A stretch of DNA of 64,000 bases. It comes from an uncultured Acidobacteriota bacterium. Lineage in GTDB: Bacteria; Acidobacteriota; Thermoanaerobaculia; UBA5066. The DNA lies in NCBI GenBank assembly GCA_963779415.1, contig CAVZYA010000001.1:1632001-1696000 (forward strand). Reading direction: 5' to 3'. Positions within the stretch are counted from its first letter, which is position 1; each line of letters starts with the position of its first letter. The notes beneath the pieces were generated by a model. The model was not told the origin of the DNA and ran no database searches. It worked only from the letters and a program-made list of their open reading frames with translations. Made by a program: the position numbers and the translations under genes. Shown here piece after piece: positions 19,498-28,199 of the stretch.

Positions 19498-19690
19498 CAA
19501 AGGCACACGCCTCGAAAATGCGAACAAACAATTGCAGTAGAGTTAATTGCATCAACACAGATATCGACACTGCGAGTTGATGAAGTGCGATAAATTGACA
19601 CATCTAACCACAAGACATGAATGCTATACTGCCAACTGGCTTATTTACAGCGTATTAGATGTATCGTGCTGATTAGTCCCGCTGCGCCAG

Positions 19691-21181
19691 TTAGACACGT
19701 TTCCGGTAGAGCGTCCGACGGCTCACGCCGAGGATCTTCGCGGCGCGGCTCTTGTTTCCCTTCACCGACGCGAGAATCCGGCGGATGTGCGCCTGTTCGA
19801 TCGCACGCAGCTCCGAGGAGCCGGTGAGGGGGGCTTCGGAGCGCGCGGCGCCGAACTGAAGATCCTCCGCGGCGAGCGTCCGCCCCGCGGAGAGGGCGAC
19901 GGCACCCTCGAGGAGGTTCTCCAGCTCGCGGACGTTTCCGGGGAAGGCATAGCCGACGAGCGAATGGACCGCGTCTCGGGCTAGGTTCACCGGCGGGCGC
20001 CCTTCACGCGCCGCGATCCGGGCGAGGAAATGCGCGGCGAGGCGCGGGATGTCCTCGCGTCGGTCGCGGAGAGCGGGGAGGCGGATCTCGACCACGCGGA
20101 GCCGGTAGAAGAGGTCCTCCCGGAAATGCCCGGCCAGGATTTCCGCCGGCAGGTCGGCGTGGGTCGCCGAGACGACGCGGACGTCGACCGGGATCCGGTG
20201 CCTTCCGCCGACGCGCTCGATCTCGCGCTCCTGCAGTACCCGGAGGAGCTTCGCCTGGATCGCGAGGGGCGCGTCGGCGATCTCGTCGAGGAAGATCGTC
20301 CCCGTGCTCGCGAGCTCGAACTTGCCGACGCGGGCTTCGACCCCCGTCGCGACGCCCTTCTCGATCCCGAACAGCTCCGCCTCGAGGAGCGCTTCCGGGA
20401 CTGCGGCGCAGTTGAGCGCCAGAAACGGTCCGTCCCGGCGCGGCGAAGCGGCGTGAAGGAGCTTGGCGACCAGCTCCTTTCCGGTGCCGCTCTCCCCCAC
20501 GACGAGGACGTTCACCCGCGAAGCCGCCGCGCGCGCCACGAGCTCCCGGACCCGCCGCATCTCGGACGAGTCGCCGATCAGGACGTCGTCGATGGCGAGC
20601 GTCCCCTTGAGGGCCCGGTTCTCCTCCCGCAGGCGGTCCACGTCCGCCGTCAGGGCCGCGAGCCGCCGGATACCCTCGAGCGCCGGCGACGCGAGCGCCG
20701 CGAGCGACCCGAGAAGACGCCGGTCGTCCTCGTCGAAGGGCGCCGCCCGCTCGCCGCGGGCCTCGCGGTCCAGGACCACGAGAACGCCGAGGACGTGCTC
20801 CCCGGCCGAGAGCGGGACCCCGGCCACACTTCCCGCGGGACGGCCGAGGACCGACTCGGAGGGACGAGCGAGGGGTACCCGGGCCCGGCAGAGGTCGAGG
20901 ACGAACGGTTCTCCGCCGGCGGCGACGACGGAAGGGACCGGGTCGAGGCCCACGGCCGCCACGCGTCCCGGATCGCGATCGGTCTCGAAGAGCGCGGCGA
21001 AGCCGCGGGCGGCGTCGAGCACGGCCACGGCGCGCCCGAGAACCTCTTCCAGAAGCGATCCCTCGTCACGCGCCGACGGGAGCGACCGCCCCACGTCGTA
21101 GAGCGTCTCGAGGCGAAGGACCTTCTTCCGGAGGTCGAAGGCCTCGTCGGCGCGCGGAGGCCGGGGACGCCCCGTGCTCAT
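19691..21181 (-). CDS. Sigma-54-dependent enhancer-binding protein (GAF-AAA+-Fis HTH)
   Basis: GESGTGKELVA, ELFGIEKGVATGV (GAFTGA variant), FLDEI, FREDLFYRL, FPGNVREL, C-terminal HTH. Confidence 0.93.
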   Translation of the reverse strand: MSTGRPRPPRADEAFDLRKKVLRLETLYDVGRSLPSARDEGSLLEEVLGRAVAVLDAARGFAALFETDRDPGRVAAVGLDPVPSVVAAGGEPFVLDLCRARVPLARPSESVLGRPAGSVAGVPLSAGEHVLGVLVVLDREARGERAAPFDEDDRRLLGSLAALASPALEGIRRLAALTADVDRLREENRALKGTLAIDDVLIGDSSEMRRVRELVARAAASRVNVLVVGESGTGKELVAKLLHAASPRRDGPFLALNCAAVPEALLEAELFGIEKGVATGVEARVGKFELASTGTIFLDEIADAPLAIQAKLLRVLQEREIERVGGRHRIPVDVRVVSATHADLPAEILAGHFREDLFYRLRVVEIRLPALRDRREDIPRLAAHFLARIAAREGRPPVNLARDAVHSLVGYAFPGNVRELENLLEGAVALSAGRTLAAEDLQFGAARSEAPLTGSSELRAIEQAHIRRILASVKGNKSRAAKILGVSRRTLYRKRV

Positions 21182-21182
21182 C

Positions 21183-22583
21183 TCAGGAACGGGCGGGGGC
21201 CGGCGATCCGCTCCGGATCGAGTCGAGAGCGTCGAGAGCCGGCTGGAATTTCGGGTTTCGCGAAAGGACCGGCTTCAGCGCCTCTTCGGCTTCGCCCGTC
21301 CGGCCGAGCGCCGCGAGGCTCTGCGAGAGCGCGACCCGCAGCATCTCGCGGCTCGGGAAATAGAGGGTCCCCGCTTCCGGACGATCCGGGATCGCCGCGC
21401 GGAAGCTCTCCACCGCCTCCTCGTACCGTCCTTCGCGCCTCAAGACGAATCCCCGGATCGCCGCGAGGCCGCGTTCCGCGTCCTCTTTCGGCTCGCCCTT
21501 CAGGTCCGCAATCAGGGCCGGGGTCGTCGCGATCGCCGCCGTCGCCTCCTCGGTCCGCCCCAGAACGGCTGCGAAGAGACCACGGCGAAGCTGAACATGG
21601 ACGTCCACCATCCGCTGACGAGCGGGGTCGCTGTCGGAAGGCGGAGGCGGAATCTTCGCGAAGACGGCCGTCGCTTCATCGGATTTCCCGGCGACGGCGA
21701 GCGAGAGGGCCTCCGCCCAGAGCCACTCTCTCCGTTCCCCGACGGCCTCGGTCGACTCCGCGGCGATCCGAAACTGCTCGGCGGCCTCGGTCGGGCGTCC
21801 CCGCGCAACGTCGAGGGTGCCGAGATGAGCACGTGACGCGTAGAAATCCGGCTTCACCTCGAGCGCCTTCTTCAGGAATTCCTCGGCCTCGTCGTACCGG
21901 CCGATCGAGACGTACAGCTCGCCGAGTGAGTCGTTCGGGTTCGCCTGATCCGGCGCGAGGAAGCGGTAGCGTCGGAGGTACTCCTCGGCCTTCCGGGTGT
22001 CCCCCTGAGAAAGCCAGTAGTAGCCGAGAAGGTTGTATGCCGCGGCGTAGTTCGGGTTCAGGGCGATGAGCTTCTCGAGATCAGAGATCCCCTGCGACAC
22101 CCTGCCGCTCGCGGTATAGACGTTCGCGCGCTGGAAATACCCTTCCGGGTCGTCCGGGAACCGCCGCACGTACTCGTCGAGGAGCGGCTCGACCTCCCTT
22201 GGCTCCTTGGAGTTCATCGAGGTCTCGAAGATCCGGAGCTGCAGGCGCTCACGCTCCGAGATCGAGCCGGCGGACGAGCGGGCGCATTCGAGAAGACTTC
22301 GCGCCCTTTCCGGGTCCCGATCGCGCGTCAGGGCGGCGAGCCGGACCGTCGCCATGACGAAGTGGGGGTCGAGCTTCAGCGCCTCGGCATAGGCTCCGAG
22401 AGCCTCCCTGTAGTACATGTTCCGCTCGTTCTCCCTCCCGAGCCGGTAGTACTGGAGCGCCTCGGACGAAGAGGTCGTCACCTCGCGACGGCCGAAGACC
22501 GCATAGGCCCCAAGGGCCACTCCGGCCGCCAGCAGGAGGCCGAGACCGGCGAAGACGAGGCGGCGGCGCACGGAACGGGACAT
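21183..22583 (-). CDS. Membrane-anchored TPR protein
   Basis: N-terminal TM helix, VTTSSSEALQYY motif, multiple TPRs. Confidence 0.8.
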   Translation of the reverse strand: MSRSVRRRLVFAGLGLLLAAGVALGAYAVFGRREVTTSSSEALQYYRLGRENERNMYYREALGAYAEALKLDPHFVMATVRLAALTRDRDPERARSLLECARSSAGSISERERLQLRIFETSMNSKEPREVEPLLDEYVRRFPDDPEGYFQRANVYTASGRVSQGISDLEKLIALNPNYAAAYNLLGYYWLSQGDTRKAEEYLRRYRFLAPDQANPNDSLGELYVSIGRYDEAEEFLKKALEVKPDFYASRAHLGTLDVARGRPTEAAEQFRIAAESTEAVGERREWLWAEALSLAVAGKSDEATAVFAKIPPPPSDSDPARQRMVDVHVQLRRGLFAAVLGRTEEATAAIATTPALIADLKGEPKEDAERGLAAIRGFVLRREGRYEEAVESFRAAIPDRPEAGTLYFPSREMLRVALSQSLAALGRTGEAEEALKPVLSRNPKFQPALDALDSIRSGSPAPARS

Positions 22584-22630
22584 GAAGAGACCCCTTCCCT
22601 GAATGATACGCACGGCCCCCCCGGCGGGTT

Positions 22631-25216
22631 CTACCGGCCCCTGGGGGTGATCCGCATCAGAACGAAGGTTTCGTCGTCGTACTGCTCGGTCCCGAGAGTG
22701 AACTGGCGGACGTCCTCGAGAAGCTCGTCGGCCAGCTCCGGGAGCGGAAGGGAGGCGTGGCGGACGAGGGAGGCCTTGAGGCGTTCGTCCCCGTAGAGCG
22801 ATCCATCCGCCGACATCGCCTCGTTCAGCCCGTCGGTGTAGAAGAAGAGAAGGTCCCCGGGGGAGAGGTAGGTCACGGCCGCGTCGTAGGGGACGTCCCG
22901 GAAAGCGCCGAGAGGGAGCCGGTTTCGCGGGACGGGAATCTCGACGGCTCCGGCCCCGCGCCGGACGAGAAGGGGCGTCGGCTGGCCTCCGAGCGCATAG
23001 TTCAACGACAGGGAAACGGGGTCGAAGAGAAAGTAGCCGAGCGAGACGAACATCCGCCGCTTGATCTCGTAGAGGCGTCGGTTCGCCTCGCGAAAGACGG
23101 TCGCCGGATCGGGGTCGGACATCGCGCGGGCGTAGACGATCTCCTTGGCCGCCACCATCAGGAGCGCCGCGGGAATCGATTTTCCGGAGACGTCCCCGAG
23201 GACGATGGCGATGGACTCACTGCCGGGGCGCACGTCGAGAAAATCGTAGAAGTCTCCTCCAACGACACGCGCCGGACGGGAAACGCCGAAAAACTCCGTT
23301 CCCGCGCGGACCGGAAGGCGGCGGGGGAAGAGGCTGACCTGGATGTCCCGTGCGATCTCGAGATCCCGCTCCACCTCGGCGCGGCGCGTCAGCTGCTCGT
23401 GCAGCCCCGCGGCCTCGAGGGCGAGCGCGCCCTGGTTGGCGATCGTCGTCAGGTGGTCGAGGTCTTCGCGCGACAGCTCCTCCTCGGACCGCTTCGGACC
23501 GACCGCGAGGATGCCCAGCAGCTTCCCACGCGTCGCGACGGGAACGAGCCACTTCACGCCGCGCCTCGCTTCGGCTCCGGCGAACCGGACCGACGCGTCG
23601 TCGAGGCTCCGCCGGTCGAGATCGGCGAGCCGGATCGGGACCGCTTCCCGCGAAAGGAGCTGCGGCAGGCGGCTCCCCATCGGGAGGACGGTCGTCCCCT
23701 CGCCCCGCGGATCCGAGAAGGCGCCGTCGGCCGGACGGGGGACGAGGAGATCGAGGCTGGAGAGCCGGAGAAGCTCCGCCGTCCGGCTTGTCATCAGCTC
23801 CAGGATCTTGTCCCGCTCGAGCTGAGAGACGACGGAACGGCTCATGTCGAGAACCGCCTGCTGGAAGTCGGTCCGGTCGCGGAAAAAGACGCGGTCGACG
23901 ACACGCTGGGCGCGGCGCCGGAGCGGGTCGAAGAGGAGGACGACGGCGAGGCCGAAGAGGAACGCGAACGCCGGCGAGGAGGTGACGGCGACGTTCGAGA
24001 ACGAGGAGAGGAAGGCGTTGCCGGCAACGACGGCGAGGGCGTAGATCCCCGTGACCACGGCGGTCAGGACGCCGTAGACGAGCGACTTCCGGACGATGAC
24101 GTTGACGTCGAAGAGACGAAACCGGACGATGGCGAATGCGAAAGAGAGCGGGATGAGCGCCATCGGAAAGACGCCCCAGGCGAGGTACCGCTCGTCGCGG
24201 AAGAGGGACGGATAGAAGACCGCGAAGACGACGAAGGGGACGATCCCGGCGATCGTGCCGAGGAGCAGGACCAGGATCGGCCGCCTCGCCTCGGGATCGC
24301 GGTCCGTCCAGAAGGAGTGGGCGAGGGCGAGGAGGCCGAGGATCAGGTAGTCGGCCAGGAGGATCCAGTTGAGGACCGGGGCGCCATAGACCAGCCGGCG
24401 GGGCGACCCGGCCCGGTGCGCCGCCATCTGGAGGACGTAGAAGAGCGGGGGGAGCGTGTAGAGAAGGGTGAAGAGGAGGGGCGAGCCGTTCAGGAAGCCC
24501 TGGAAGCGGCGGAGCGGCGAGGGGGACTCGGACCCGGCGAAGCGGAAGACCTTCCGCCGCGGGAAGAGAAGGAAGAAATGGAGGAAGACCGCCGGCAGGA
24601 GGAAGAGCGCGAGCGTGCCGGCCACCTGGACGAAGTAGTCGATCCAGTAGTAGCTCGACGGCCGGAGCCGGCAGACGAAGAAGAGCATGAAGAGGATGCA
24701 GAGCACGTAGAAGACGCCGGCCGCCGGGTCTCCCGGGCGTCTCGAGACGACGAAAAGGCCGAGGCCGAAAAAGAGCGCGCCGAGAAGGGCAAAGTAGAGG
24801 TACGTCCCCGAGCCGACCCGGAAGGGAGAGAGGACGACGCGCGCCTCGAAGATCCGGTCGTCTCTCCGGACGAGATAGTCGACTCCCTCTCCGACACGGT
24901 GGCGGCGAAGCTCGGGGGGCGCGTCGGCCGCACGGCTCACGATCCGATGGCCGATTCCTAGGATGACGTCTCCCGGGCGGAGATCCGCCTGTTCGGCGGA
25001 GCCTCCCGGCACGAGATCGCGGATCAGGATCCCTCCCGAGGAGTAGGGATCGGGAACGACCCCGTCGTACGCCTTCGGGACGAACATGTCGACGACGGAA
25101 AGAAGGGCGATGAGCGCTCCGAGAATGCCGACGCCGAAAAGAACGCGCCGGCGGGACGCGGCCTCTCCGGGCGTCGCCGTTCCCGGCGAGGAGGCTCTGC
25201 GCGCCGGGCTCTCCAT
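22631..25216 (-). CDS. Membrane sensor phosphatase: PDZ, multi-TM, GAF, PP2C (SpoIIE)
   Basis: PDZ GGSAEQADLRPGDVI; many TM helices; VGGDFYD, GDVSGK, YTDGLNEA, DDET. Confidence 0.88.
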   Translation of the reverse strand: MESPARRASSPGTATPGEAASRRRVLFGVGILGALIALLSVVDMFVPKAYDGVVPDPYSSGGILIRDLVPGGSAEQADLRPGDVILGIGHRIVSRAADAPPELRRHRVGEGVDYLVRRDDRIFEARVVLSPFRVGSGTYLYFALLGALFFGLGLFVVSRRPGDPAAGVFYVLCILFMLFFVCRLRPSSYYWIDYFVQVAGTLALFLLPAVFLHFFLLFPRRKVFRFAGSESPSPLRRFQGFLNGSPLLFTLLYTLPPLFYVLQMAAHRAGSPRRLVYGAPVLNWILLADYLILGLLALAHSFWTDRDPEARRPILVLLLGTIAGIVPFVVFAVFYPSLFRDERYLAWGVFPMALIPLSFAFAIVRFRLFDVNVIVRKSLVYGVLTAVVTGIYALAVVAGNAFLSSFSNVAVTSSPAFAFLFGLAVVLLFDPLRRRAQRVVDRVFFRDRTDFQQAVLDMSRSVVSQLERDKILELMTSRTAELLRLSSLDLLVPRPADGAFSDPRGEGTTVLPMGSRLPQLLSREAVPIRLADLDRRSLDDASVRFAGAEARRGVKWLVPVATRGKLLGILAVGPKRSEEELSREDLDHLTTIANQGALALEAAGLHEQLTRRAEVERDLEIARDIQVSLFPRRLPVRAGTEFFGVSRPARVVGGDFYDFLDVRPGSESIAIVLGDVSGKSIPAALLMVAAKEIVYARAMSDPDPATVFREANRRLYEIKRRMFVSLGYFLFDPVSLSLNYALGGQPTPLLVRRGAGAVEIPVPRNRLPLGAFRDVPYDAAVTYLSPGDLLFFYTDGLNEAMSADGSLYGDERLKASLVRHASLPLPELADELLEDVRQFTLGTEQYDDETFVLMRITPRGR

Positions 25217-25274
25217 CGTCCGGCAGTATACGAACGGAACGCCGGCCGGGATCCGCGTGCGAGAATCACGCGCC

Positions 25275-25943
25275 GTGGCAACGCGCCCGCCGAAGGGTCT
25301 TTTCGTCACGTTCGAGGGGATCGAGGGGTCCGGAAAGTCGACCCAGGTCGTCCGCGCCGCGGAACGGCTGAAGAGCCTCGGCGTCCCCTTCCTCTCGACC
25401 CGCGAGCCGGGCGGCACGGCCGTCGGCGCGGCTCTTCGAGAGGTTCTCCTCGGCTGGTCGGGACGACTCGACCCCGCCGCCGAGCTCCTCCTGATGTTCG
25501 CCGACCGGAGGCAGCACCTCCTCGAGAAGATCGAACCCGCCCTCGCCGCCGGGCTGGTCGTTCTCTGCGACCGCTACACCGACGCCTCCCGCGCCTATCA
25601 GGGGGCGGGACGGGGCCTCGGGGAGGAGACCGTGGACCTCCTCCACGGGACGTTCTGCGGCCGCGAGAGCGACGTGACGTACCTCGTCGACTGCCCCGTC
25701 GAGACGGCGCTCGCGCGCGTCGCCGCGCGGAGCGGCGGCAAAGCCGACCGGTTCGAGCGCGAGGCTCTTTCGTTCCACCGGCGCGTCAGGGCGGCTTACC
25801 GGAGCCGCGCGAGGCGCGAGCCGAGGCGTTTCGTCCTGCTCGACGGGCGCCAGGCCCCCGACGCCGTCTTCACCGCGCTCTGGGACGATCTCTCGCGCCG
25901 GCTGAAGCGGCGCGGCCTTCTTCCTCGCGGAACCCGTCCGTGA
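25275..25943 (+). CDS. tmk: Thymidylate kinase
   Basis: FEGIEGSGKSTQ, TREPGGT, CDRYTDASRAYQG. Confidence 0.95.
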   Translation: MATRPPKGLFVTFEGIEGSGKSTQVVRAAERLKSLGVPFLSTREPGGTAVGAALREVLLGWSGRLDPAAELLLMFADRRQHLLEKIEPALAAGLVVLCDRYTDASRAYQGAGRGLGEETVDLLHGTFCGRESDVTYLVDCPVETALARVAARSGGKADRFEREALSFHRRVRAAYRSRARREPRRFVLLDGRQAPDAVFTALWDDLSRRLKRRGLLPRGTRP

Positions 25944-26944
25944 GGGAGCGGATCCCCGATGCCGCCGTCGTCCTCCTCGCCGGACCCGGAAGCCGCCGGC
26001 TCGAGGCGATGGCCATCGCCGAGGCCGCCCACGTGGTCTGCCGGGCGGGCCACCTTCCGGGCGAGCCGGCCGGGGAGTGCCCCGACTGCCGACGCGTCCG
26101 CCGCAAGGAGCACCCGGACGTGATGGTCGCCGCCCCCGAAAGCGCGCGGCGCGTCAACCCGCCTCCGTTCGAGGAGACTTCCGGCTCGAAGGAGACGACG
26201 ATTCCGACCGCTCTCGTCCGCGCTCTCGCGGCCGACGCGACCCGCCTTCCGTACGAGTCGCAGAGGAGGGCCATCGTCCTGCTCGACGTCGACCGGACCG
26301 AGCCGGCCGCCTACAGCGCCCTCCTCAAGATTCTCGAAGAGCCTCCGTCCCGCGCACGGTTCTTTCTGACGGCGACCCGCCCGCGACTTCTTCCCTCGAC
26401 GATCCTCTCGCGCGTCGCCCTCCACACCGTTCCGGCGCATTCCAGGGTCGCCACGGCCGCGGCTCTTCGCGCCCGCGGCCTCTCCGCCGAGGAGGCCGAC
26501 GCGCGCGCGGCCTTTTTCCCTGCCGACGCCGAGGAAGCCGCCGATCTGAACCTCTCCGAAGAGCGCGAGGTCCGGGACCGGATCCTCGAAGCCGTTTCGG
26601 GGCTCTTCCTCTCCCGCTCCGTCTCGTGGGCTCTCGCACTCGCGGCCGTCCTCTCCGAGGGGGACGGGGACGACGCCGCCTCGCGCCTCGGCCTCCTCGC
26701 GGTCCTTCTCCGCGACGCGGCGGCGGCCGCGGGCGATCCGGCCGGAGCCGGCGTCATCCACCGCGAGCGTCTCGCCGACCTCGCGCGCCTCGGCGCGTCC
26801 GCTCCGCGCGCGCTTCTCGACGCCGCCGAGCGCGCCCTCGTCCTCGCCGCCGACTTCGACGGCCCCCGCCTCAACGTCCGCCTCGCCTGCGAGGGGTTCG
26901 CGCTCGGGTTGCTGGCGACGCTAGCCCTACTTCAGACGGCCTGA
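25940..26944 (+). CDS. holB: DNA polymerase III subunit delta-prime
   Basis: Zn motif C..CPDC, HPDV, ALLKILEEPP, LLPSTILSR; follows tmk. Confidence 0.85.
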   Translation: MRERIPDAAVVLLAGPGSRRLEAMAIAEAAHVVCRAGHLPGEPAGECPDCRRVRRKEHPDVMVAAPESARRVNPPPFEETSGSKETTIPTALVRALAADATRLPYESQRRAIVLLDVDRTEPAAYSALLKILEEPPSRARFFLTATRPRLLPSTILSRVALHTVPAHSRVATAAALRARGLSAEEADARAAFFPADAEEAADLNLSEEREVRDRILEAVSGLFLSRSVSWALALAAVLSEGDGDDAASRLGLLAVLLRDAAAAAGDPAGAGVIHRERLADLARLGASAPRALLDAAERALVLAADFDGPRLNVRLACEGFALGLLATLALLQTA

Positions 26945-26979
26945 CCTTCCGAGTCCGATCTCCGCGGGCCCGGAAGGTC
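26943..26979. terminator. Hairpin between convergent holB and the islet gene
   Basis: gaccttccg...cggaaggtc inverted repeat. Confidence 0.45.
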
Positions 26980-26993
26980 CCGAGATCGCGTCG

Positions 26994-27338
26994 TTACGGG
27001 AAGATGAAGTAGTACGGGTCGTAGATCAGCGTGCGATTTCCCGGCAGACTGTGGTACGTCTGGGACTGCGAGTTGAAGAGATCCTGGACCGTGATCCAGA
27101 ACTCCACGTCCGTGAACGTCGGGATGGCAATCCAGGCATGTCCGTTGGTGGTCGCCGTTTGAATCCGGATGAGGTACTCAAACGTGCCCGGGTCCGTCAG
27201 CCAGAAAGCTCCGGTCGCGTCCGTGAGCGTCGTTCTGTTCAGATCCGACACGACTCCGCCCGCATACTGGTTCTTCCACTGGCTCGTGATGCTGTACCGG
27301 CCGCCGATCAGGCACATCGTTTCCGAGTCTTCCACGCA
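26994..27338 (-). repeat. C-terminal domain repeat, copy 1 of 3
   Basis: MCLIGGRY..SQW.NQYAGG...TDATGAFWLTDP.TFEYLIRIQTAT.NG.AWIAIPTFTDVEF...YHS.PGNR.LIYDP. Confidence 0.92.
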
Positions 27339-28064
27339 GGGCACGCCGGAACACGATGATCCGTCGCAAATCACGGCACCCGGGAAGACGATCCAGTCGT
27401 CGTAATACCAGGTCCCTCCCTTGTACTCCCGCAGGTAGAGAAGCGCCCAGTACGCTCCCGCAGGAATCGTGCTCGGATAGAAATAGATCGTCCCGGAATT
27501 GACGTTGCTGTACTGATATCCGGCCGCCAGCGACGATTTCGAGACAGAGTCCGAAAATGACCAGTAGTTCACGGTGGATCCGAAGTCGGGGAGCGGAGAG
27601 ACGAGGATGACCTTGACGTCGAGGGATCCTGTCGAGGTGGACTCGTAGTTCGAGATGTGGTCGACGTGGAAAGAACCGAGACTCCCGGTCCACTGAACGC
27701 TTGCAGCGCCTTCCAGACAGACCGTGCATGCCGACTGGTCGAGGGGCGTCCGCAGGTTGTTTTCCGAGGCCTTTCCCGGCACCGCCGCTTCCCGTTTCAC
27801 GGCCGACTCGGGTGCTTTCGGCGAAGTGGACGAGGACGGAGGCGAGGTCTTCTCGGAAGATGGTGATGAGAGAGCCTGCGACGGGAGATTGGGGTTCGCG
27901 ACCTTTCCGTGGCCCACGAGGGACCCGTCGCCATCCGGCGTTCGTCCCTGGAGCTCGCCCCCCCACGAGAGGGCGCCAGAAATCACGACCGCGATCACGA
28001 TAGGAAGAAGCGAAGGTCGCAGGAACCGACAGGTCCGGTCTCGAGAATAGGAAGACGTTTTCAT
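26994..28064 (-). CDS. Secreted hypothetical protein with conserved 114-aa C-terminal domain (copy 1)
   Basis: N-terminal hydrophobic segment, Ser/Pro linker, Cys-flanked beta domain, shared C-terminal domain. Confidence 0.8.
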   Translation of the reverse strand: MKTSSYSRDRTCRFLRPSLLPIVIAVVISGALSWGGELQGRTPDGDGSLVGHGKVANPNLPSQALSSPSSEKTSPPSSSTSPKAPESAVKREAAVPGKASENNLRTPLDQSACTVCLEGAASVQWTGSLGSFHVDHISNYESTSTGSLDVKVILVSPLPDFGSTVNYWSFSDSVSKSSLAAGYQYSNVNSGTIYFYPSTIPAGAYWALLYLREYKGGTWYYDDWIVFPGAVICDGSSCSGVPCVEDSETMCLIGGRYSITSQWKNQYAGGVVSDLNRTTLTDATGAFWLTDPGTFEYLIRIQTATTNGHAWIAIPTFTDVEFWITVQDLFNSQSQTYHSLPGNRTLIYDPYYFIFP

Positions 28065-28199
28065 CGTGAAACCCCCTTCTCCTTTGAGTCGAAATCCTTG
28101 AGGCAGCTTCCAGAGAGAAGCGAACAACGCCGCCGATCCACGCGCGAAATGTGGGAAGACTATATACGAGGTTCGGATTGCACTGAGAATCCGTCTCTC

